From NCBI GenBank assembly GCA_951406725.2, contig OX597830.1, positions 65,162,001 through 65,226,000 of the forward strand: DNA of 64,000 bases. Reading direction: 5' to 3'. Shown in pieces: positions 1-14,533 of the stretch. A model generated the notes under the pieces. It did not search any database, was not told where the DNA came from, and saw nothing but the letters and a program-made list of their open reading frames with translations. Each line of letters begins with the position of its first letter. Positions within the stretch are counted from its first letter, which is position 1. The position numbers and the translations under genes are program-made. Source of the stretch: Octopus vulgaris (taxonomy: Eukaryota).

Positions 1-52
1 TATGTGTCTACATAAATGCGTGTGCATAGTGGGAAGAGTGACGATGATTTGA

Positions 53-109
<57 letters not shown>

Positions 110-349
110 ATATATGTATATATATATATATACACATACATAAGTGTGTGTGGGCACATACACACGTGCATAAACATACGCGCACGCACACATACATATA
201 CATACACATACATACACACACACACATATATACATATACATAATACATAAACACACACACATATATATGTATATATATACATATATATATACATACACAT
301 ACATACATTCACACACACACACACATATATACTTATACATCCCCCCCCC

Positions 350-391
<42 letters not shown>

Positions 392-974
392 TATACACAC
401 ACACGACTCCTGTGCGCATGTAGCTTTTGTTCATGTGTATATGCGTTGTGTATTAAGTGTGTATACGTACACAGTCGCCGCCATATATCAAGTTGGGAAA
501 TGATAAATTCGAAATGTGTGTGAAAGAGCGAAAGAGATAGATTCTGCACGCATATGCATACAGACATACAAATAAATACATGTATGTGCGCATGCGCATT
601 GTGTCAACGTCTGCTTAACTATACGCGTGTATATTCATATGCCTGATTGTGTTAGTGTATGCTTTTTTGATCGGAGTGGAGCAGTTAAAAGCATTTTTGG
701 TAATGTTGTTAATCCGAAGTCAGAAACGCTGTAAATTCTGTTTACTTCTGATAGCTTTTATGTCTGCGATGTTCCAGTAAAACATAACAGAATGCTTTCC
801 ACCGTTCTTACTCATACACTAACCTTCGCAAAACAACGAACCCTCATCATTCTTTGTTATTAAAAGCCTCGAGCATCGTCACCGGCTCCACGAATATCAT
901 GAAAAACACACAGAGCGTACGGTACTTTAATTATAGACGCCATCTTGCTCCTCGCCCGCCTCATCTTCGTTGAC

Positions 975-1051
975 TTTGTCATCGTCGTCGTTGTCGTCGT
1001 CATCAGGATGATGATGCTCATTATCATCATTGAGACGACCGTCATCACCGT

Positions 1052-1103
<52 letters not shown>

Positions 1104-1230
1104 GTCATCATCATCACCATCATCGTCAACATTATGAATATAATCATCATCGTCTCCACTATCATCATCACCAAAAACACCACCACCAAATCTGTCCTCA
1201 CCATCAGTAGCCAAGGGAGCAGCGCCATCG

Positions 1231-1266
<36 letters not shown>

Positions 1267-1300
1267 CCACGACCACTACCACCGCTACTATCATTGCTAC
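975..1300. repeat. (CAT)n/(CAC)n trinucleotide microsatellite region
   Basis: Long imperfect CAT runs; the poly-D/M/I ORFs here are artefacts. Confidence 0.95.
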
Positions 1301-1505
1301 CATGAGAGTAGCCAGTTTTGCGTCTTTATGTTTCGCTTTATTTGCTAGAAATAGCAGTCAAATTTCCTTCAAACCACATGCGTCTGCCTTTAATAGTATG
1401 TAGGGCATATTGTATGACTAAGGATTAGAGACACTTAATAAAGGGTGGAATGGTCAAAGACGAGAGGTCCTTCCTCATATATTTGCTTCATAATTGCCAA
1501 CTTAG

Positions 1506-1822
1506 AAGACGCGTGGCTTAGTGGTTAGAGTAAGCGGCTCACGACCATAAGGTCGTGAGATCGATTTCTGGTGCGCTGTGTCCTTGAGCAAGACACTTTA
1601 TTTCACATTGCTCCATTCCACTCAGCTGATAAAAATGAGTTACACCTGTAATTCAAATGGGGCAGCCTTGTCGCATTGTGTCAGACTGAATCGCCCTGAG
1701 AACTATGTTAAGGGTACACGAGTCTGTGGAGTACTCAGCCACTTGCACGTTAATTTGACGAGGAGGCTGTTCAGTTGGTCGGATCAACTGAAACGCTCGT
1801 CCACGTAACAGATGGAATGCCA
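1506..1822 (+). mobile_element. Diverged tRNA-derived SINE with CORE-like middle and family-A 3' tail
   Basis: A-box-like tggcttagtgg, B-box-like gagatcgatttc, CORE-like tgtgtccttgagcaagacactt, then gagaactatgttaagggtacacgagtctgtggagtactcagccacttgcacgttaatt shared with family A. Confidence 0.8.
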
Positions 1823-1879
1823 ATTTTTAACTTCGGGCAAGTAAATGCTAATGTTGGGCAGATCAGGGATATATTACTT

Positions 1880-2080
1880 CCACCGACAAAAAAGACATAT
1901 TCATTCCATGTGAAAGGCAGATTATGCGAGGCTTGTGTATGGACTGCAATGCTGCATGGCTTTGAGCCATGGATGGGCACTGATTGTGAGGACTATAGAA
2001 AAATGAAGCAAGGATACACTACGGAATGTGTGAAGTTAGTTTGAATGAAAAGTGAGGAATGAACTGAGTATGCGAGGATT
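1880..2080 (+). mobile_element. RTE-clade LINE fragment (degenerate RT C-terminal region)
   Basis: Translates SFHVKGRLCEACVWTAMLHGFEPW, resembling the RTE motif xKGRLYxACVRxAMLHGSETW. Confidence 0.65.
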
Positions 2081-2619
2081 CATTTGTAGTAATATCACCT
2101 CTTTAACCAAAGTCAATCTATTTTAGTAACAACATTTCAACTAAGCATTTTGCTCGGGTTGCTAACAATTCTGCTAGTTCGCCGCTTTAATCAACAACAC
2201 CAATATTAACCAGCAGCACTGAGAACCAACGTTAGTACTCAGGCACTCAAAGGGACTTGAAGTTTGGCGCTCTTACAAGAAATATATTACATTTTAATAG
2301 CATAATGAAGAAAAACTTCCAAATATGTGTATAAAGTATCGATTATAATATATTATATTTATTATAATAAACAGTCTAAAACAGCACTTCAAAGACAGCC
2401 GTAAATTTTCAAATACTTTCAATAATATATCTGAGATAGAAAGACATGATGGAGAGAGGAAGAGCGTGGCTTCATAGCTGGCAAAGATCTCGACATTTTA
2501 TAATAACAAACAATCACTAAACGAAGGATGGCAGCACGAGAGAAGGTCGGATGTCTGCCGTTCATCTCTTGCTGTAGATGTAACTGACTTCCGCCTAGTT
2601 CATCAAAGAATATATATAC

Positions 2620-2659
<40 letters not shown>

Positions 2660-3045
2660 TCATAAACCTATATTATCGTAACTAAAAATCTTTTTCTCTA
2701 CTTTTGATCAGTCACTATTTTTCATAGCATTTTCGTTTCCTTTGTGGTACTATTATTTTTTTTTTACTATATCATTCTCTTTTGATTTAATTGGCAAAGA
2801 ATTAAATGTCTTTGTGGTTAGAGGCTCTCAAAGAGATGAGATGTTGGAACCGCAAGCACTTGTATCTCTGTATCGATAGATGGATGGGTGAATGGATGGA
2901 TGGGTGGATGGATGGGTTAATTGATGGATGGTTGAATAGCTTGATCTATGGATGGTGGTGTTAGTGAATATGTGTACATATATCTTCATATATATATATA
3001 TATATGTATCCATATCTCCATACATCATTATATATATATATATTC

Positions 3046-3206
<161 letters not shown>

Positions 3207-3438
3207 TCTTATCTTCACATATATGTTCATACATTTTCATATATATATATAAGTTCAGCAAAAATTTAGATTCAAATGAATATGGTACTTAATTTAGGAT
3301 GCACCAGAATTCTGTATGGTGTTATCCATATAAATCCGAGGGGGTGATTATAATCAAAATACTTACAACATTTAATAAAATGATGTAGTACGAAACGATC
3401 GTACCAAATTACCGGAGTCATTCTTGTTGCTCATTTTG

Positions 3439-3519
<81 letters not shown>

Positions 3520-3689
3520 ACCCATGTTTTGGGCTTTAACTGGCCTTTTTAGCATGTAATTAGTCCTCCCTCTCCCCGTCTTCCTTTTTTTCTGTCTAGC
3601 GTTGCTCACACGTAATCATTGTCCATCTTTCTTTTCCTCACGTGACCATCTTTCTTACCTGCACGGACGTTCTAAGGACTGGGCGTCTC

Positions 3690-3726
<37 letters not shown>

Positions 3727-4088
3727 TCTTCTATATTTTCTCCTTTCAAAGGAAATATTTCTCTCAGCGTTTACTATTTCCCCCTCGTTCATGCCTAACA
3801 ACCCTCCATGTTTGTTTTCGTTCGGATTCCCTGTTTGTCTCCACTGTCCTGTTTTTGTTCCTAAATTTGACCTCCATAAGTCCAAAATTTTCTTTTGGTA
3901 TTTATGGGAGCAACTGTTTTTGAAGACTCAGATTGTCGTTGATTGCTCGAAATGGGGAGTAGATAGAAAGCCGCCAACTGATGAAGTGTCATTGTTTTCG
4001 TATTTCATGTTGTTTACTGTTGGTGACGACTTGTACCCTTATATGCACAAACACACACACACACATGCACACACATGCACACACACAC

Positions 4089-4267
<179 letters not shown>

Positions 4268-4356
4268 GATTGATTGATTGAATGAAAACTTTATAGTGGA
4301 AAGACTCCAGTGGCTTTTTTAAAGTCTGTTACTTATTCTATCGGTTCTTTTACCGA

Positions 4357-4415
<59 letters not shown>

Positions 4416-4430
4416 TATATATATATATAT

Positions 4431-4549
4431 CACGTGATCACATGACCGACCAGGCTATCAGATGTTGCTACACATCGCTGGTCACAATGCGCTTCGCATT
4501 GTTTTAGCCTTCAAATGACGCCACTCCGCTGGCTAAGCGAACAGACCAA
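4431..4549 (-). mobile_element. 3' tail fragment of SINE family-A variant, inside (TA)n
   Basis: Matches 43752-43880 (atcagatgttgctacacatcgctggtcacaatg...ccttcaaatgacgccac). Confidence 0.75.
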
Positions 4550-4559
4550 TATATATATG

Positions 4560-4606
<47 letters not shown>

Positions 4607-4610
4607 TTAT

Positions 4611-4862
<252 letters not shown>

Positions 4863-5525
4863 ATGTGTGTGTGTATGTATATAGGTTATAAGGGTCTAAC
4901 ATAAATTTCATTTGTGAATGAAATATATCTCCAATAGGAAGAAAAATACCAACCTAAGTACTGTATTGTATGGTGCGTGGGCTTATAAAATGCACTACCA
5001 TTTTGGCTGGATTTTTCTCTTTTTGCACTGCCACATGCAGTAACATAAATCCTGACGTTGTCTTTATAGGAATCAATTAGATTTTATGAGACATTTTGGG
5101 GAAAATACGTGCGAATTGTAAGCCATCAGATATGCTAATTTTTTGAATGAGTACCCATAAACTTTCGATGGTAGCTTAATAATATTTCACTGGGAAGAAA
5201 CAATAATTTTTAGTGAGGGAGAGCGATTATATCTAAAAGAGGTACCGCCCTAATATTTGGTCTGAGGCCAGCCATAAATTTTTAACAACCATTTCCTTCG
5301 AAGCATTTTGCTGTGAGGAAGATGTTGTATGCCCACAGAAATGCAAAATGAACGGACGCTAAATATAGTCTTGAAGTAGCATTTAGATTTTTCTTTCTTT
5401 GTTTTGGACAATGCCGCACATATATTCATACACTCAGACAGAGACTCACAGATAAATACACATACGCACTCACACAGGTACACACACATGCGCGCGTATA
5501 GACTCTTGAGCTCAAAACAACATGG

Positions 5526-5683
5526 ATACTCAGACAAACACACGTTTACTAATGCATTTACATTCACATCCCCGTATGTTTAAAGTAAATTATAGGATCT
5601 ACTTATACTCAGACAAACACACGTTTACTAACGCATATACATTCACATCCCCGTATGTTTAAAGTAAATTACAGGATCTACTT
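5526..5683. repeat. 79-bp direct tandem duplication (2 copies)
   Basis: atactcagacaaacacacgtttacta...ggatctactt starts at 5526 and 5605 with few substitutions. Confidence 0.9.
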
Positions 5684-6285
5684 GACTGAACTGCTGTTAA
5701 ATTTATTCCTTATCGTTTATTCATTAACTAGTTTCATTTTCAGCTTTTAGGCTGTGGCCATACTGGAGCACAGATTCAATGAGTTTTGTTTCCTTTTTGG
5801 TCGAAAATATCGACCTTCGTTCTTTGTTTTCCTTTGTAGACGAGTTTAATGTTGAAGCGTTTGTTATCTAATGGCCTTCTTTGTATAAGATTTTATAATT
5901 CTAAAGAAAGAAATGCTTGTCTTACTTTTGAAAATAAAAAGCGATTGTCTGACCTCTAAGAATCACAGATAGGATCAGGTCAAGCCTATAAACTTACCAA
6001 ACATTTTTTTATTGACCATTCATAATTTTACAGATTTATGAGCGAGGCCGTGATTTGGTGGCTAGGTTTCTAAAACATAATTGATTAACTAAAATCAAAC
6101 ATCCTTCAACCCACAAAGTCGAAATTCAGCGACGAAATTAAGTTTCTAGACAATTTCATCGTTCATTTTGTTGGGTATATTTTTCGCTGCAACGCTCTAT
6201 AATCTTCTGTTAAAAAATATTCTCACACAGTGAATAAGTCCAAGGCGAGAATTATATAAAAAAAAAGTAAAGCAGAAGAAATATA

Positions 6286-6357
<72 letters not shown>

Positions 6358-6385
6358 TGGATGCGTATATATGTATATATATGTG

Positions 6386-6431
<46 letters not shown>

Positions 6432-6432
6432 C

Positions 6433-6486
<54 letters not shown>

Positions 6487-6650
6487 TTTTTATGTGTGCA
6501 TATATATATATTATATACATATATATATACATATACATGTGTACTTGTGTATATATATGTGTGTGTGTGTGTGTGTTTTTATGTGTGCATATATATATAT
6601 ATATATTATATACATATATATATACATATATACAAACAAACACAAATTTA

Positions 6651-6682
<32 letters not shown>

Positions 6683-7047
6683 GGTATAGATTGATAGATA
6701 TGTATGTATGTTGGTATATGTGTCCATACACATATACTGAGCTGTAGATGTAAATATATAGATACATTTGTAAGACAAAAATAACAAATCATTGATGTAG
6801 GTTACACTAACAAAAACACATCGATGTGTGGGAGTTAGAATTCGGTGTTTGATGCTGATGAATGGTTTCTCTTTCTCCCTCTCTCTTTCTTTCTCTGTCT
6901 CTCTCTCTCTCTCTCGCTGTCTTTCTCTCTCTCTCCCTATCTCTTTCATCCTCTGTCTCTCTTTCTCTGTCTTTCTTTCTTTCTTTCTTTCTTTCTCTCT
7001 CTGTCTTTCTTTCTTTCTTTTTTTTTCTTTCTCTCTCTCTCTCTCTG

Positions 7048-7093
<46 letters not shown>

Positions 7094-7409
7094 TTCACTT
7101 GGAAAATAAACAGAACCAATCACACGCACATAAATCGCATTATAACGAACGGCAACAGCGACACCACTTGCTGTTATTGTTAGCTTTCCTGATGTCAGGA
7201 TGATGGTGATGATGATGATGTTGGTAATGATGATGATGACGACGACGACGACGACGATGATGATGATGATGATGTTGGTGGTGGTTGTGGTTGTGGTGAT
7301 GAGGATTCGATGATGACCATGACGATGATGATAAAAATAATAATACTAATAATATTAACTCTGATTCATTCTTAATAATGATTTCTTTTAATACAATTAC
7401 AATATTCAT

Positions 7410-7414
7410 TATTA

Positions 7415-7478
<64 letters not shown>

Positions 7479-7544
7479 CATTATTATTATTATTATTATT
7501 TATTATTATTATTATTATTATTATTGTTGGTGGTGGTGTTATTT

Positions 7545-7605
<61 letters not shown>

Positions 7606-7627
7606 TGTTTATTATTATTATTATTAC

Positions 7628-7672
<45 letters not shown>

Positions 7673-7738
7673 CATTATTATTATTATTATTATTTATTAT
7701 TATTATTATTATTATTATTGTTGGTGGTGGTGTTATTT

Positions 7739-7776
<38 letters not shown>

Positions 7777-7879
7777 GTTGTTGTTGTTGATGGTGTTGTT
7801 ATTTTCATTATTATTATTATTATTATTATTATTGTTATTATTATTATTATTGTTGTTGTTGTTGATGGTGTTGTTATTT

Positions 7880-7942
<63 letters not shown>

Positions 7943-7975
7943 TTGTTGGTGTTGTTGTTATTGTTATTATCATTA
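7410..7975. repeat. (TTA)n array with recurring ggtgttattttc / gttgttattttc interruptions
   Basis: Direct reading; four interruption blocks indicate block duplication. Confidence 0.95.
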
Positions 7976-8135
7976 TTGCTATTTTGTGAGTAGAATATTG
8001 AACTTGACAATATAATTGGGTACGGAAGTATGGACGGAATGGTGGTGGTTTTCTCTAGGACCGTTAATCTAGAACTGTTGCTCGCAGAACTCAATGGAAT
8101 TATATCTCTACGCTACCGTATATACGTAGAACTCT

Positions 8136-8245
8136 ATGTATGTATGTATGTATGTATGTATGTATGTATTATGTATGTATGTATGTATGTATGTATGTAT
8201 GTATGTATGTATGTATGTATGTTTGTATGTATGCATGTATATATG

Positions 8246-8276
<31 letters not shown>

Positions 8277-8313
8277 CTATGTATGTATGTATGTATGTAT
8301 GTATGTATGTATG

Positions 8314-8379
<66 letters not shown>

Positions 8380-8420
8380 TGCGTGTATGTATGTATGTAT
8401 GTATGTATGTATGTATGTTT
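8136..8420. repeat. (TATG)n microsatellite
   Basis: Direct reading. Confidence 0.95.
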
Positions 8421-8596
8421 GTGTACATATAGATATATGCATGTATGTAGATTCTGTATGTACATATCGGTGTGTGTACCTATCTACCTATTTATCTCGC
8501 CTTCTCTCTCTGTCCTTGTCTCTCTATCTGTCTGAACCTCTCTCACTCTACCCCTCTATTTCTATATATTATAATGTATAGATATATATTTGTATA

Positions 8597-8669
<73 letters not shown>

Positions 8670-8732
8670 ACATATACATATATACACACATCTATATATT
8701 TGTGTATGTATATATATATATATGTATATATG

Positions 8733-8814
<82 letters not shown>

Positions 8815-8899
8815 TATATTCAGTTATATATGCGCTCCTTCCTTCTATAAGTCTGTCGATCCATCTACCTAATGCTATATATATATATATATATACATG

Positions 8900-8966
<67 letters not shown>

Positions 8967-9367
8967 TTCCATTATTTCAACATATTGGTACAAACATAGA
9001 CACACCCACATACATACACACACATATGTATATATGTATATATATATATACATACTTATATTTGTACGTACAAGGACAGAGAGAGTGAAAAATGATAGAA
9101 CAAATACAGAGGAGTGTGAGTGAGATTGTCTACGTGAATGTACTTGCTCATGCTTCATTAGGTAAACTCGTGTTCGTCAGCTGATATTGGTTACTCTAAT
9201 GGTTATGCTCGCGAATGGATTGAATGAACCATCCGATATATTATAGGATTAATAAACCATGTGTGCCTACATACGCATAGGCACATATTTTACATGTACA
9301 CATTCATGCCTCCCGTATATGTACACATCTATACCCCACCATATATGTATAAATATATTTATATACG

Positions 9368-9400
<33 letters not shown>

Positions 9401-9441
9401 GAATGAGAGAGAGAGGGGGAGAGAGAGAAAGAGTTGGCTAT

Positions 9442-9508
<67 letters not shown>

Positions 9509-10006
9509 CATTTATACATATATGTATATATTCATATATATAAATATATGCATGTGTGTCTATATTTGTGTGTATTTTTGCATGTCAGTGTGTGCGTACG
9601 CGTTTTTTCATGTGTGTATTTGTGTGTGAGTGTGTGTGCGTGAGTGTATGTGTGTGTGTGTGTGTTGTGTATGTGCATGTGTTTGTATTCATTTGTATGT
9701 TTACAAAACGATTGCTCATGCATATTTGATTAAATTTACAGCTTCAGTTGTAATGTGTTTTGCATAGCAACAAACCCTTTTTGTATATTGGTGATTCGGT
9801 AAAGCGAATGAGAAAACGGTTGTAACCGAAACATGTGAATCCAAACGTTTCTTCTGCATATCCGGCCTTTTTCACTGGGTGTATAATTATTACTGTTCTA
9901 TTTTGTGTTACTTTGTTTAGTTTCCTGGTCCATAATAAACCACAACATTACATGTAATACAAGTAATGACATGGATCAAATGATAGCTGGTATTAACTAT
10001 TTAGGA

Positions 10007-10422
10007 AGGCGGCGAGCTGGCAGAAACGTTAGCACGCCGGATGAAATGCTTGGCGGTATTTCGTCTGCCGTTACGTTGTGAGTTCAAATTCCGCCGAGGT
10101 TGACTTTGCCTTTCATCCTTTCGGGGTCGATAAATTAAGTACCAGTTCCGCACTGGGGTCAATGTAATCGACTTAATACCTATGTCTGTCCTTGTTTGTC
10201 CCCTCTGTGTTTAGCCCCTTGTGGGTAATAAAGAAATAGGTATTTCGTCTGTCGTTACGTTGTGAGTTCAAATTCCGCCGAGGTTGACTTTGCCTTTCAT
10301 CCTTTCGGGGTCGATAAATTAAGTACCAGTTCCGCACTGGGGTCGATGTAATCGACTTAATACCTATGTCTGTCCTTGTTTGTCCCCTCTATGTTTAGCC
10401 CCTTGTGGGTAATAAAGAAATA
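10007..10422 (+). mobile_element. SINE family C (tRNA-like head, Meta/MESC-like domain), internal 184-bp dimer
   Basis: Head aggcggcgagctggcagaaacgttagc, B-box gagttcaaattcc, domain ctttgcctttcatcctttcggggtcgataaattaagtacc twice; 18-bp TSD ggtattaactatttagga at 9989-10006 and 10423-10440. Confidence 0.9.
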
Positions 10423-10454
10423 GGTATTAACTATTTAGGAGGTTAGTGCCTTGA

Positions 10455-10950
10455 GCTACCTTGAGCCCTATGTTGCTGATAATTTTTGACTCGCAAGGGA
10501 CTTACCTTGTGTGTGTGTTTTGTTACCTGCTTCAAAACCTATGGTAATCATGTAATTTTTCAAATAAAATTTACGTAACTGACTTTGAATGATTTTCACT
10601 ATCTTGAGTCCTATGTTCCTGTTAATAAGAAGAATTCATGGCACGCAAGGGATATGCCTGGTATAGCTGTAACCAGCTTCAAAACCTCTGGCAATGATAG
10701 ATGTCAAAATTAACTAGTTTCGCCTCTCATGACTAACCGAAGTACTTGTTTCAAGCCTCAGAGCATCTGATACTTAAGTATTTTTTTCTTTATTAAAAAA
10801 GGTGACTTGGATTTAATTCAAGTACCTCAGATCCTATGTGGCTGACAGCAAGAAAGATATTTTTACGCCCAAGGGACTTACCTAGAATATGTGCCTGTAA
10901 ATCAGTTTCAAAACACTTTGCGATCAAGTATTTCAAAATTAACAAGGTTG
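10455..10950. repeat. Three degenerate copies of a ~110-bp motif
   Basis: cctatgt...caaggga...ttcaaaac recurs near 10465, 10610 and 10830. Confidence 0.6.
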
Positions 10951-11323
10951 GTCTTCTTCAGTGAACATGAATAGAATTCTTCTCTATGAATTCAAAAGCT
11001 GGACTAAGCAGAAGCAGCCACAAGGTCGTTTTGATGTTGCATATCAGGCTCCTCAACAAGGCCCGAAATATTTTATTTCGTTAGCACAAAACCAAAGCGG
11101 ATATTTATAGACGCATTCTGTGTATTTGCTTAATTTACGGTTGGATTTCTTGTCAAAAACTATCGTGATGAAACACCAGGCCATATCGGATGACGTATTT
11201 TGGATAATTCTACTGTACCATAATATTGGACAAATATCGTTTAAACACACAGAAAAGATAACGGGGTAGGATGCAGGGACTTCTGTTACAGAGTTGCGAA
11301 ACGCATTTTGGATGCGACCACTT

Positions 11324-11545
11324 GAAGAAGAAGAAGAAGAAGAAGAAGAAGAAGAAGAAGAAGAAGGAGGAGGAGGAGGAGGAGGAGGCGGCGGAGGGGG
11401 GAGAAGAAGAAGAAGAAGAAGAAGAAGAAGAAGAAGGGGGAGGGGAGGAGGAGAAGAAGAAGAAGAAGAAGAAGGAGGAGGAGGAGGAGGAGGAGAAGAA
11501 GAAGAAGAAGAAGAAGAAGAAGAAGAAGAAGAAGAAGAAGAAGAA
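11324..11545. repeat. (GAA)n/(GGA)n polypurine microsatellite
   Basis: Direct reading. Confidence 0.95.
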
Positions 11546-12128
11546 ATGAAGCATGAGTAAGAGAAGTAAAAAAGAAAGAGGTGGAAGGGGAGGAAAAGAA
11601 GATTAAGAAAGAGGGAGAGGATGAAGGAAGGAGGAGCAGGAAGAGTATTTAGCTACATTTGATTGAGCACAAAGACAATGCGAGAATTTGAAGTTGCTGT
11701 CAATAATTGACAAACATTGTTGTTGCAAAAAAAAAAAAATAATAATAAATAATAAATAATAAATAAAATAAAACAAAACCTTGAGTGTAACACGAAATGA
11801 AATGAAAATGTTAGAAAATAAAATTGATAAAAATATATACTTGAGTAAAACATAACACAATTATGCAGAATTAATTGTAAATATTACACTGGCAAACTGA
11901 ATTATTAAATATCTGTTTGAGATTATCAGAATAAAGTGATATCCACTGAGGAACCAGATGCGTTTATGAGGTCGTATTTTGTGATGTTACTTTAAAGTGG
12001 AACGCTGCAGGTGTAGAAATAAAGGTGTGCAACAGGTAGGTACGTGAGGTTCAGCACAGTGATGTTGATGCTTTTAAGTGGTTGTGTATGACCTATTTGG
12101 ATGTCAGTTCGTTTGTATACAATATGTG

Positions 12129-12191
<63 letters not shown>

Positions 12192-12313
12192 GTATATATG
12201 TGTGTGAGATGGAGTATAATCACGCGCGTTTCTACATAGAGGTATATATAAATATACATATATTTGGGCATACGTACATGCACGTAGTATAGAGGCATAA
12301 ACATTAATTGAAA

Positions 12314-12347
<34 letters not shown>

Positions 12348-12357
12348 GTATATGTAT

Positions 12358-12426
<69 letters not shown>

Positions 12427-12552
12427 GACATAAATTGAAAATGTATGTATATATATATATGAATATATAAGTATATATATGAATATATAAGTATATATAT
12501 TTATATACATACATTTATACATATATATACATACATATATTTATATATATAA

Positions 12553-13030
12553 ACCAGCAACCCTACCAAGCTTGCTTGGTGAGGAGGATGTTTATTGGAC
12601 ACTCTGCGGGATGAAAAACAAAACTCGTCAAAGGGCGGAGGAACTCTTGAGAGTCAATGGCCATCCAATAAATGTCTTAAGGTTGTATCATGCGCGGGGA
12701 CATAGAAATAATCGGACTGAATACCCGATCGCGCGGTTAAACCATTGGAAGTGAAGACACTCCTAGCCTTTGTTAGGGTATCCTTGTAGGAGAAGGAAAC
12801 TCAGGTAACTGGGATAACTCCGACATAAAACCTGCGGCTCAGTGGTTACCGATGATGCTGACTTGTTCTTCTTTTCGGACTATGGCTGCTGTTGCTTAGT
12901 GAGTGAGATTGACTCAGTTCACAGCCTTTCCTCACTTTAAAAAAGATCTTCTTGCACAGGTATTGCACGATAACGACATTGATTAAGCTTCGTGCAATGG
13001 CCATACTCGATAACGAGGAGGCAGCCACCA
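12553..13030 (+). mobile_element. Probable RTE 5'-UTR-like / non-autonomous retroelement with structured 5' region
   Basis: Relatively GC-rich island between (TA)n tracts; gtaggagaaggaaactc resembles RTE 5'-UTR motifs; internal complementarity atgtttattgga/tccaataaatgt. Confidence 0.4.
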
Positions 13031-13042
13031 TATATATACACA

Positions 13043-14009
13043 CAGGGTGTTTCAAGAATTTGATATCTTTTCGCGCTCTAATAACTGTGTCAGATCTTGT
13101 TCAAAGGACTTCAAATTTTAACAGCATGTGTAGAAACAGATCAAAAGTTTATGTTTCATGTTTGATATGTTTATTTTTACAGCCATAGAAATGGCATTCA
13201 CTTGAAGAGCAAAGAATATGCTCAAACACAGTCGAACAAGAATGTGCAGCGTGCATTTGTGTGAGAGTTCTCTATAAAGTCACCGACGGCAAGGCAGATT
13301 TGGACATGGCACACAAAATTCAAAGAGGAAGACTGTCTGCGCCGGGCAAAAGGATCTGGATGACCACTAACATCGGAAGAAACGGTCGAGCAGGTTCACC
13401 AAAAACTCTTGCGAAACCCCAAGAAGAACAAATCTGAAAACTCAGATTCCTTCAACGACAGTTTGGCGCGTCCTGATGAAACGTGCTGTTGAAATGGCTG
13501 CCATGTTCACCAGACCTGACACCTAGCGATTTCTTTTTCTCTGGGGTTATGTGAAGAGCTTGGTCTATGTCCACCCTTCTTCCTGCAAACCTAGTGGAAC
13601 TCGAGCAAAGAACCACTAGCGCACTGGAGACATTCTGGAGCGTGTATGAGAGGAGGTGGGCTACCTATTTGCCGTGTCTCAGGCGGCGTGTATATTGAAC
13701 ATTTGTGAAATCGTTCATGGAACCCACATACCATAGAATTTCTCATTGGAGGAATAAATCTTCTGCTGCTCAACATTAAGCCTGTTTACTCTTTTACTCT
13801 CTTTACTTGTTACAGTCATTTGGCTGCGGCCATGTTGGAGCACCGCCTTTAATCGAGCAAATCGACCCCCAAGACTAATTCTTTTGTAAGCCCAGTACTT
13901 ATTCTATCGGTCTCTTTTGTCGAACCGCTAAGTAACGGGGGCGTAAACACACGAGCATCGGTTGTTAAGTAATGCTAGGGGGACAAACACAGACACACAA
14001 ACACACACA

Positions 14010-14047
<38 letters not shown>

Positions 14048-14293
14048 TACGACGGGCTTCTTTCAGTTTCCGTCTACCAAATCCACTCACAAGACTTTGG
14101 TCGGCCCGAGGCTATAGTAGAAGACACTTTCCCAAGGTGCCACGCAGTGGGACTGAACCCGGAACCATGTGGTTGGTAGACAAGCTACTTACCACACAGC
14201 CACTCCTGCGCCTGTTTAGTTACATTTGCTTTGACGATGTAGTTTCCATGATATTTACATCTCAAATGATATCAAGTTTTTTGAAACTCCCTG
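13043..14293 (+). mobile_element. Internally deleted Tc1/mariner-superfamily transposon (rosa/maT-like), interrupted by a SINE
   Basis: TIRs cagggtgtttcaagaatttgatatc / gatatcaagttttttgaaactccctg, right end followed by TA; remnant WLPCSPDLTPSDFF/LWGYVKSLVY at ~13495-13570. Confidence 0.85.
13789..14213 (-). mobile_element. SINE family B (tRNA head, CORE-like block, internal TA/CA microsatellite)
   Basis: Full-length family consensus; TSD gcctgttta at 13780-13788 and 14210-14218; nested in the DNA transposon. Confidence 0.92.
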
Positions 14294-14402
14294 TATATAC
14301 GTATTATATAAAAATATATATACAATATAGATACATGTATATCTATATTTATATGTATATACTTACTCACATATCTATCTCTCTACATATCTATATATAT
14401 AA

Positions 14403-14461
<59 letters not shown>

Positions 14462-14497
14462 ACATACATACATACATACATACATACATACATACAT

Positions 14498-14533
<36 letters not shown>

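Noticed and set aside
927-1214. Acidic D-rich protein on the minus strand
   Set aside because: Derived from a (GAT)n microsatellite; no splice or homology support
3975-4000. CTGATGA at 3978 as a hammerhead core
   Set aside because: No downstream stem II plus GAAA in register
4958-5136. Possible pogo/Tigger-type MITE
   Set aside because: Terminal inverted similarity too degenerate to support
9790-9845. ggttgtaacc-GAAA-catg-tg-aatc hammerhead-like 3' half
   Set aside because: No CUGANGA-like 5' core and G at the cleavage position
10055-10422. Regularly spaced repeats resembling a CRISPR array
   Set aside because: Whole units are duplicated with no unique spacers; eukaryotic SINE multimer with no cas genes
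13972-14412. Recurrent ORFs [26 protein letters not shown] and PENYVKGTRVCGVLSHLHVNF
   Set aside because: Read-through of SINE families B and A, not a protein family
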